Below are positions 56,564 to 64,000 of a DNA stretch of 64,000 nucleotides, one piece after another. The notes beneath the pieces are model-generated. The model saw only the letters and a program-made list of their open reading frames with translations, searched no databases and had not been told where the DNA came from. Each line of letters opens with the position of its first letter. Positions within the stretch are counted from its first letter, which is position 1. A program made the position numbers and the translations under genes. The DNA is from an uncultured Verrucomicrobiae bacterium (GTDB taxonomy: Bacteria > Verrucomicrobiota > Verrucomicrobiia > Chthoniobacterales > JAFAMB01), in NCBI GenBank assembly GCA_963762565.1, contig CAVXLD010000010.1:224001-288000 (forward strand), given 5' to 3'.

Positions 56564-57589
56564 ATGCGTATCGGTATTCTCAGTATTGCCCATCTTCACG
56601 CGGAAGGATACCAGGCGAATCTAAGAGCGATTCCGGGCGTCGAACTGGTCGGGTTCTCGCATGAAAATTCTGGGGAAGGCCAAGCATTCAGCCAGAAGTT
56701 TAACGTGTCCTGGTTCCCGACCCATCGGGAGCTGTTAGCTCAAGAGTTAGACGGAGTGGTGATTTGCTCCGAGAACGCGCATCATCGCCAACTAGTGGAG
56801 TTAGCCGCGGAAGCCGGTTGCCAGATCCTTTGCGAGAAACCGATCGAGACCAATCTCGGGGACGCAGAAGCGATGAAAACAGCCTGCGAGAAATACGGGG
56901 TACAATTCATGACGGCGTTCCCCATGCGTTTTGCTCCATCCACCCAGGCTGTGCGGACCATGATCCAGCAGGGCGAATTAGGAAGCGTCTTCGGAGTGAA
57001 TGGCACCAATCACAGCGAAAATCCGAGCCGCCATCGCGCGTGGTTTGCTAACAAAGACCTGGCCGGAGGCGGAGCTGCCATGGACCACATCGTACACTTA
57101 GCGGATCTGTTACGTTGGTCTTTCCAGGCCGAAATAGTGGAGGTCTACGCGGAGCTGGATAACCTGTTTCGAGCGGGCGACCAGCAAGTGGACACCGCCG
57201 GATTGCTCCTGGTCAAACTCTCTAATGCTGTGCAAGCCAGCATCGACTGCAGTTGGAGTCGTCCGACTTCGTACCCGCGTTGGGGTCACCTGAAAATGGA
57301 GGTAATCGGCGAGCGAGGCGTCGCGGTTATGGATAGTTTCGCCCAGCATCTGACGCTGTATTCGAAGGGCGCCGGACGAAATCCCGATTGGGTCGGCTTC
57401 GGTCCCGATCCGAACCAACCAATGATTCGGGAGTTCGTAGATTCAATTCGAGAGCAACGAGAACCGTCTGTAACCTGGAACGATGGTTACCAAGCGCTAC
57501 GCGTCGTCTTAGCAGCGTACGAGTCAGCGCAGAGCAACCAGCCAGTCGGACTCGCCTTAGGCTCGTCCGAAATAGCAAATAGCAAATAG
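56564..57589 (+). CDS. Gfo/Idh/MocA oxidoreductase
   Basis: CEKPI, GGGAAMDHIVHLAD; the last ~14 codons lie inside a repeat element. Confidence 0.92.
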   Translation: MRIGILSIAHLHAEGYQANLRAIPGVELVGFSHENSGEGQAFSQKFNVSWFPTHRELLAQELDGVVICSENAHHRQLVELAAEAGCQILCEKPIETNLGDAEAMKTACEKYGVQFMTAFPMRFAPSTQAVRTMIQQGELGSVFGVNGTNHSENPSRHRAWFANKDLAGGGAAMDHIVHLADLLRWSFQAEIVEVYAELDNLFRAGDQQVDTAGLLLVKLSNAVQASIDCSWSRPTSYPRWGHLKMEVIGERGVAVMDSFAQHLTLYSKGAGRNPDWVGFGPDPNQPMIREFVDSIREQREPSVTWNDGYQALRVVLAAYESAQSNQPVGLALGSSEIANSK

Positions 57590-57808
57590 CAGATAGCAAA
57601 TAAAGGGCTGCGCCCTTCTACCCGTCTCGCGGGCGCTGCTTCGTCGCTCCGCTTCCTGCCAGACAGGCAAATCTTCAAATCGCCGATACCCAGCCGCATT
57701 AGATACACGTTTTTTAGAGTTACACTATTCCCAACGTGTTCCCGTCAAGCCCAGCGTCCAATTTGCTATCTGCTATTTGCTATTCCGGACGAGCCTAAGG
57801 CGAGTCCG
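57547..57808. repeat. ACTCGCCTTAGGCTCG-ended element with AATAGCA heptamer arms
   Basis: Perfect 23-bp IR 57547-69/57786-808. Confidence 0.88.
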
Positions 57809-57810
57809 GC

Positions 57811-59406
57811 CTACTCCAAGAACGGCTTCTGAGGCGGCGGTCCCCCTCTACCTTTCTTTACCTCCACATCTGACCGGTTCCACCAGCCGCCACCTAAGGC
57901 CTGGAACAGTGCTGCTGTATCCGCATAGCGATTCGCTTTGGCCACCACCAAATTAGTGAGCGCCTGGTAATACGCCTGCTCCGCGGTCAGTAAAGAAAGA
58001 TAAGCGATCGCGCCGGCTTGCAGTTGTTTTCGGGTGATATCCAAGGTCGTAGTGGCCGCTTGTTCGGCATACGCGGCTGTCTTAACCGCTTCCGCATCGG
58101 ATTGGATGGCGCGAAGCGAGTCGGCTACATTTTGGAATGCAGTGATAACCGTACTTTTGTACTGGGCCGCTGCTTGATCATAATTGGCTCGAGCGGCCCG
58201 CGTCCGGTGGAGCAGCGTGCCACCTTCGAAGATGGGCTGAGTCAGACTGGCGGCGAGCGTAAAGTAGCCCGTGCCGGGAGCAAAGAGTTGGGCAAATTCA
58301 AGCGCCTGGCTTCCGCCGTTGCCGCTCAAGTTGATATTCGGAAGCATGTTAGCGACAGCAACACCAATTTGAGCGCACGCGGAATGGAGCTGCTCCTCCG
58401 CAGCACGCACATCAGGTCGTTGGTCAACTAATTTCGATGGCAGGCTAACGGGTAGATCCTGGGGAAGCCGCAGAGCGTCGAGAGTAAACTTTTGCCAAAC
58501 CCCTTCGCCGGGGAAACGACCTGCCAATGCGGCAAGTAAGTCGCGTTGCTGGGCCAACTGTTTCTCTAGCGGAGGCAAAGTCGCCTGCACCTGAGCTAAA
58601 GCGGTTTCCTGGGTGGCCACATCCGCACCGGCGATTTGACCCAGCGTCAATTGCTTTCGCATGATGTCTAGGGCGTCGGTCGCGACCCGGATCGTTTCCT
58701 CGATCGCTTCGATTTCGCCCCGCAGCGCAGCCTCTGTGATTGCTGCAGTAACGACGTTCGAAGTTAAAGTCAGGTAAGTCGCTTCGAGCTGGTAGCGCTG
58801 GTTATCCGCTTGCGCTTGCAATGATTCCACTGTGCGCCGATTCAAGCCGAACACATCCGGAGTGTAAGAAACGCTGAGCGCCGTTGTATACAGGCTGTAG
58901 TAAGGGTTCCCCGTGTTGGCCACAGGCGTGATCGTGCTGGTCGCAGTCTTGTTTCGGCTTGGGGTAAAGTTAGCCGAAAGACTTGGGTAATAGGAGCCTT
59001 TTTGCGCCAGTACATTTTCCTGAGCGGCGCGCAGAGCGGCCTGGGCTGCCTCCAAACTCGGGTTGTCTTTTAACGCCTCGTCAACTAACTCATCCAGCGC
59101 TTCAGAATGGAAGACTCTCCACCATTGTCCCGGGATATCCAAACCTGCCACGAAGCGCTGCGATTCACCGGCTGAAACTTTGGCGCCGGTGGTTCGGCCT
59201 GCTAATCGTTCCGGCGTATAACCGTTAACTTGCGGCGCCGTTGGCCGATAGAAATTTGGTCCTACGGCGCAACCGGCCAGTATGGCTGTGAGGGCAAGCG
59301 GAAAAATTGATGCTAGCCCAAGGCTAAATCGTCCTCGTGCTCGTGCTCGTCCTCGTCCTCGAGAGAGTGTGTTGTCCCTAATGTTGTGGAATAAGGCTCG
59401 ACTCAT
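57811..59406 (-). CDS. RND efflux outer membrane lipoprotein (NodT/OprM family)
   Basis: Lipobox LAGC-AVGPNF, WWRVF, RPDVRAAE, LFQALGGGW. Confidence 0.93.
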   Translation of the reverse strand: MSRALFHNIRDNTLSRGRGRARARGRFSLGLASIFPLALTAILAGCAVGPNFYRPTAPQVNGYTPERLAGRTTGAKVSAGESQRFVAGLDIPGQWWRVFHSEALDELVDEALKDNPSLEAAQAALRAAQENVLAQKGSYYPSLSANFTPSRNKTATSTITPVANTGNPYYSLYTTALSVSYTPDVFGLNRRTVESLQAQADNQRYQLEATYLTLTSNVVTAAITEAALRGEIEAIEETIRVATDALDIMRKQLTLGQIAGADVATQETALAQVQATLPPLEKQLAQQRDLLAALAGRFPGEGVWQKFTLDALRLPQDLPVSLPSKLVDQRPDVRAAEEQLHSACAQIGVAVANMLPNINLSGNGGSQALEFAQLFAPGTGYFTLAASLTQPIFEGGTLLHRTRAARANYDQAAAQYKSTVITAFQNVADSLRAIQSDAEAVKTAAYAEQAATTTLDITRKQLQAGAIAYLSLLTAEQAYYQALTNLVVAKANRYADTAALFQALGGGWWNRSDVEVKKGRGGPPPQKPFLE

Positions 59407-59477
59407 TTCGGAGAAGCGTTTCAGTCATTGACGCTCCATGAGTGCTGGTCCTTTTCGAGCACAAGCACGAGCACGAG
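59329..59477. repeat. Hexamer (CTCGTG/CTCGTC) inverted-arm element spanning the OMF start codon
   Basis: tcgtcctcgtgctcgtgctcgtcctcgtcctcga versus tcgagcacaagcacgagcacgag. Confidence 0.75.
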
Positions 59478-59503
59478 ATGATCAAGAGTTATTCGCATCG
59501 GGA

Positions 59504-62500
59504 TTACTTTACCGCCGCCAGCTCTGGCACTTCCTTCCTCTCTGTTCGCCGGCCACGACGGGAGAAGATATCAATTAGAACCGGGAGGATGATAAGAATG
59601 AGAATGGGCGCCAACGTAATTCCGCCCACGACCACCAGAGCGAGTGGCTTTTGTACTTGAGAACCGATACCGGTCGAAATCGCAGCCGGCAGCAAACCAA
59701 CACAGGCAGCCACACAGGTCATCATAATCGGCCGCAATTGAACCTGGCAGGCACGCAACAAGGCCTCTTCTCTATCGAGGTCGCTTGAAGCTAACAAATT
59801 AAACGATGAAATCACGATAATGCCTCCCATGACGGAAATGCCAAACAGAGCAATGAAACCGATCGCGGCAGATACGCTAAACGGGGTCCCAGTAATCGCC
59901 AGAGTGAAAACACCTCCAATCAATGCCAAGGGCATCACACTGGCAGCCAAAAATGTATCCACAACCGAGGAGAAGTTGACCCAAAGTAAAAGCACAATGA
60001 GCACAAGGCTGATCATCGTAGCCACGCTGAGCCGGCTAATGGCTTCTTGTAGTTCTCCAAATTCGCCAGCCCACTCCAGGCGGGAACCCGCCGGCAGATG
60101 AACCTTCTCAGCCATCTTCTGTTGAGCTTCTAGGATTGCGCCGCCCAAATCACGGCCACGAACGCCGAACCGGATCGGGATATAGCGTTCCTGATTTTCA
60201 CGGTAAATAAACGAGTAACTCGGTACCATCTTTACGGTCGCGACCGCGCTCAACGGGATCTGAATAGTGCCGGAAGCCGTGGAAACTCCGATCGGAATAT
60301 TTCGCATCGCTTCGAGGCTTTGCCGGTACTCCGGCGCAAGGCGAACCACGATGGGGAAATTGCGATCGCTGCCATACTCGTAGGCATTGCCGGCCGCCTG
60401 TCCGCCGATAGCCGTCTGAACCACCGCATTAATATCGCCGGGTGCTAAGCCGTACCGCGCAGCTTTGACTCGGTCGACATCGATGTTGATCGTCGGCTGG
60501 CCAAAGGCGTCGAATACGGAAAGATCAGTAACCCCAGAAACTCCATCCATTACATCCTTGATCTGATAGGCAGTCTTCTGCAGAGCTTCCAGATCGTTGC
60601 CGTAGAGCTTGATCGAGTTCTCTCCTTTTACTCCGGACGCGGCTTCCTCGACATTGTCCTCGATATTTTGCGAAAACTCGAGATCGACCCCTGGAAACGG
60701 CTCGGAGAGCGCGGTATTCAGTTGCTGGGTGAGCTTCTCTTTGTCCAAACCCGCGGGCCATGAATCGAACGGCTTAAGCGGAACAAACATCTCAAGATTA
60801 AAGAAACCCGTGGTATCCGTGCCGTCATCAGGCCGGCCGAGCTGAGATACGACCGTTATAACCTCAGGAAAGCTCTTTACTATCTGGCGCATCCGGTTGG
60901 CGTAACCTTGGCCTTCTTCGAGTGAGACCGTCGGAGGGAAAGTCGCGCGGATCCAGAAGTTACCTTCCTCAAGCTTCGGCAGAAACTCCAACCCGAGCGA
61001 CCGTCCGGCGATTAAGGCCGCGATAACCAAAACCGCGGCTCCGCCAATCGCCAAGATCCGGTTGGCTAACATAAATTTTAAAAGCGGCGTGTACACTCGC
61101 CGTATGAGCCGAACCGGGATGGTTTCCTTCTCTTCGACCTTTTCGGGAAGTAACAGAGCGCTCATAGCGGGGGTCACCGTAAATGTTGCGATCAACCCAC
61201 CGGCAATCGCATAAGCATAGGTCCTCGCCATCGGCCCAAAGATGTGACCCTCAACGCCGGCTAAAGTAAATAAGGGAACAAACCCCGCGATAATAATCGC
61301 GGCGGAGAAGAAAATCGGCTGGTTAACCTCCATGGCCGAATTGGCGATCACCGAAAATCGGCCACGCAACTCCATCGGCACGCGAGATTGAGTCCTGACA
61401 TTCGAATGAGCAAAACGTTCTTCCGGCTTTTGGGAGAGGTGGCGGTAGATGTTTTCCATCATGATGACCGTCGCATCGACGATCAAACCGAAATCAATTG
61501 CGCCGACGGAGAGCAGGTTGGCCGATTCGCCTCGGACCAACATGATGATAATTGCAAAAAATAACGCGAAGGGAATGGTTAGCGCAACAATCACCGCGCT
61601 GCGCAGATTGCCGATGAAGATCCATTGGACAAGAAAGATCAGCACAATTCCGACAACCAGGTTATGGAGTACCGTGTGCGTCGTGACGGCGATGAGCTCG
61701 CTGCGATCATAGATCTTTTCCAAATGGACCCCGGGCGGAAGGATCCCCGTGGTATTGATCTTGTTAACCTCCTCTTCAACTCGGTGAATGGTAGGAAGGC
61801 TTTGCTCTCCACGCCGCATTAAGACGATGCCTTGGACGATATCTTCATCCTTATCCTGACCAGCAATCCCCAGCCGAGGCTGATACCCAATCGCAACCTG
61901 GGCTACATCCTTGATCCGAATCGGTGACCCATTATTTTGGCTCACCATGGTATTCCCGATATCATCAACCGTGTGAATGAGACCAACGCCACGAACCACC
62001 GCAGTTTGCGGTCCGAAATTTACCGTCTGACCACCGACATTGATGTTGGCATTGTTTAAGGCTTGTTGGATCTGAGGAATCGTGACTCCGTAAGAGAATA
62101 ATTTTTTCTGGTCGACGATAACCTCGTAGTTTTTGGTTTTACCGCCCCAGCCGGTCACGTCCACAACTCCGGGAACCGCCTTGAAACGTCGCTCCAGGAC
62201 CCAGTCCTCAAGCGTTTTCAAATCCATCACCGAATAGCCGGGCGGACCAACCACCCGATACCGATAAATTTCACCAATCGGGCTCTCGGGTGAGATTTGA
62301 GGGACAACTCCGTTCGGCAACGGCGGCAATTGGGATAAACGGTTGATTACCCGTTGTTCCGCCTCTTCATACGTAAGATCATAAGTAAACGCGATCCGCA
62401 CATCCGAGAGTCCAAAAAGTGAAATGGTTCGGACGGAGGTGACATGAGGAATACCGGCCATCTGAATCTCGATCGGGATCGTGATGTAACGTTCGATCTC

Positions 62501-62677
62501 TTCGGCGGATTGACCGGTGCTTTGCGTTATTACTTCCACCAACGGTGGTACAGGATCCGGATAAGCTTCGATGTTGAGCTGGATGAAGCAGACGATGCCG
62601 GCGCCGAACAGCAACATCGTCAGGATCACAATGATCGTCGGCCGCTTCAGAGCGAAGTTAATGACGCTATTCATCAT
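59504..62677 (-). CDS. CusA/CzcA-family RND efflux permease
   Basis: IEAYPD, GAIDFGLIVDATVIMMEN, LRPIMMT, QKPLALVVVGG. Confidence 0.95.
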   Translation of the reverse strand: MMNSVINFALKRPTIIVILTMLLFGAGIVCFIQLNIEAYPDPVPPLVEVITQSTGQSAEEIERYITIPIEIQMAGIPHVTSVRTISLFGLSDVRIAFTYDLTYEEAEQRVINRLSQLPPLPNGVVPQISPESPIGEIYRYRVVGPPGYSVMDLKTLEDWVLERRFKAVPGVVDVTGWGGKTKNYEVIVDQKKLFSYGVTIPQIQQALNNANINVGGQTVNFGPQTAVVRGVGLIHTVDDIGNTMVSQNNGSPIRIKDVAQVAIGYQPRLGIAGQDKDEDIVQGIVLMRRGEQSLPTIHRVEEEVNKINTTGILPPGVHLEKIYDRSELIAVTTHTVLHNLVVGIVLIFLVQWIFIGNLRSAVIVALTIPFALFFAIIIMLVRGESANLLSVGAIDFGLIVDATVIMMENIYRHLSQKPEERFAHSNVRTQSRVPMELRGRFSVIANSAMEVNQPIFFSAAIIIAGFVPLFTLAGVEGHIFGPMARTYAYAIAGGLIATFTVTPAMSALLLPEKVEEKETIPVRLIRRVYTPLLKFMLANRILAIGGAAVLVIAALIAGRSLGLEFLPKLEEGNFWIRATFPPTVSLEEGQGYANRMRQIVKSFPEVITVVSQLGRPDDGTDTTGFFNLEMFVPLKPFDSWPAGLDKEKLTQQLNTALSEPFPGVDLEFSQNIEDNVEEAASGVKGENSIKLYGNDLEALQKTAYQIKDVMDGVSGVTDLSVFDAFGQPTINIDVDRVKAARYGLAPGDINAVVQTAIGGQAAGNAYEYGSDRNFPIVVRLAPEYRQSLEAMRNIPIGVSTASGTIQIPLSAVATVKMVPSYSFIYRENQERYIPIRFGVRGRDLGGAILEAQQKMAEKVHLPAGSRLEWAGEFGELQEAISRLSVATMISLVLIVLLLWVNFSSVVDTFLAASVMPLALIGGVFTLAITGTPFSVSAAIGFIALFGISVMGGIIVISSFNLLASSDLDREEALLRACQVQLRPIMMTCVAACVGLLPAAISTGIGSQVQKPLALVVVGGITLAPILILIILPVLIDIFSRRGRRTERKEVPELAAVK

Positions 62678-62712
62678 GTTAGTCTTCGCTCACTTTTCAG
62701 CCGATGAGATTC

Positions 62713-63993
62713 CTAGTCTGAGTGGGCCGCGCGATCGATAAATAAACTACCGCTGGTGACGACCTGTTCGCCGGTCTTCACCCCTTCCAGGACTTGAACC
62801 ATTCCATCTTGAACCCAGCCCGGATGAATCTGGCGCAGACTCAAAGTTTTATCTTTCCCGGCGATCCATACTCGGGCCGTTTCGCCTTCGTAAACAACGC
62901 CTTCCTCCGGTACCGCCGGTGAATCGACGGAATTCCCGACAATAATGCTGAAATTTGCAAACATCTCCGGCTTGAGTGCTCCATCTGGGTTGTCGACTTC
63001 TGCTCTCACCGGTAGCCGATGCGTGTTAGGATCGATGGAAGCGGCAACATAAGTGAGCTTCGCGCTAAACCGGCGGCCAGGAAACGCCAGCACATGTACT
63101 TCCACCGGATCACCCACCCGCATGGACGGGGCGTTATCTTCGTGAACGTTGGCCAGGAGCCAAACCTTGGTCATGTCGCCAATCGAAAAAATCGGGGAAG
63201 AACCACCGTTAGCTCCACTATTGATGTATTGACCAAGCCCAACTTGACGTTGGGTCACAATTCCGCCGATGGGGGCAAATACCATCGCTTCCGGGCTTAG
63301 GTTCAGTGCATCGGAAGTATTCTCAATCGCGGCAATGTCAGCCTCACTCTTGCCCAGAATGCGCAACCGATTTCGAACGGCAGCAAGAGCAATCTGCGCC
63401 GAGCGAAACGAGCCCTCCGCAGTGGCGAGATCGACTTGGCTCTGCTGCCAATCCTTCAATGGTGCACCCTTGCTGTCATAGAGGTCGTGCTGCCGTTTCT
63501 CGGTGGTCTGCGCCAAGTTAAGTTGCGCTTGCGTGGTGTGGAGAGTTGACACCGCGTTAATTAAATCGTTCTGCGCTTGCACCAATTCGGTTGCCTCGAT
63601 TGACAGCAACGGTTGTCCCTCCTTAACCTCGTCGCCGGCCTTTACGAAGAGTTTGGTGACCCTCCCTGAATAGGGAGAAAAGACCGGTGTAGTCGCATCA
63701 TCATCGTTGGCGATCTTCCCGTCAGTGCTATGCTGGTCCTGGAAGGTTTTTAATTGCACCGTCTCGAGCTTGAGACTTTGCCACTGAGCATCGGTTGGCC
63801 GAAATGAATTGGGTGATGCACTGGGTTGAGCCTCAGCAGCCTCACCGTTCGGTTTCCCGCTAAACAAACCCAGGATCGACCGCATCCCAAAGAACACGAC
63901 AATCACGCCCGCGAGCGCCGCGACGATCAGGAGCTGCGCCGCCCTAGGCAGCTTCGGAGACCTTGGCGGCTTCGGAGATGATGACTGATGCAT
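62713..63993 (-). CDS. RND efflux membrane fusion protein (CusB/CzcB-like)
   Basis: N-terminal TM, PYSGRV..G.EVKEGQPL, APIGGIV, LKPEMFA. Confidence 0.93.
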   Translation of the reverse strand: MHQSSSPKPPRSPKLPRAAQLLIVAALAGVIVVFFGMRSILGLFSGKPNGEAAEAQPSASPNSFRPTDAQWQSLKLETVQLKTFQDQHSTDGKIANDDDATTPVFSPYSGRVTKLFVKAGDEVKEGQPLLSIEATELVQAQNDLINAVSTLHTTQAQLNLAQTTEKRQHDLYDSKGAPLKDWQQSQVDLATAEGSFRSAQIALAAVRNRLRILGKSEADIAAIENTSDALNLSPEAMVFAPIGGIVTQRQVGLGQYINSGANGGSSPIFSIGDMTKVWLLANVHEDNAPSMRVGDPVEVHVLAFPGRRFSAKLTYVAASIDPNTHRLPVRAEVDNPDGALKPEMFANFSIIVGNSVDSPAVPEEGVVYEGETARVWIAGKDKTLSLRQIHPGWVQDGMVQVLEGVKTGEQVVTSGSLFIDRAAHSD

Positions 63994-64000
63994 GCTATTT

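Overview
This looks like core chromosome of a Verrucomicrobiota (probably Chthoniobacterales-like) bacterium, inferred from protein style such as RpoA starting MPVRLGRFEMPK and PSPSP-linker secreted proteins. Housekeeping genes: fkpA-like (partial), mrdA, uvrC, exbB/exbD plus a large TPR protein, thiH-thiS, dnaG-rpoD, lipA, rplM-rpsI, dinB, a tricorn/S41 protease, a detached rpoA-rplQ pair, thiolase plus FadB-like, apaG, thiD, a sugar ABC transporter with two Gfo/Idh/MocA oxidoreductases, and a CusCBA-type RND system. tRNA-Asp(GTC) at 33889-33962 is the integration site of a ~6.3 kb island with no recognisable integrase. It is bounded by a 25-bp direct repeat and filled with broken and chimeric genes. 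The most striking unexplained signal is non-coding: most intergenic gaps hold palindromic elements of at least ten families. These include REP/REPIN-like elements whose conserved arms are separated by spacers of near-constant 69-74 nt that diverge by substitution rather than indels, and 6-9-mer tandem-repeat inverted arms that enclose other elements like Russian dolls. Several have been absorbed into protein-coding sequence (UvrC loop, an RND lipoprotein signal peptide, C-termini). No RAYT/transposase, integrase or cas gene is visible. All alignments and lengths were counted by hand; no database searches were run.
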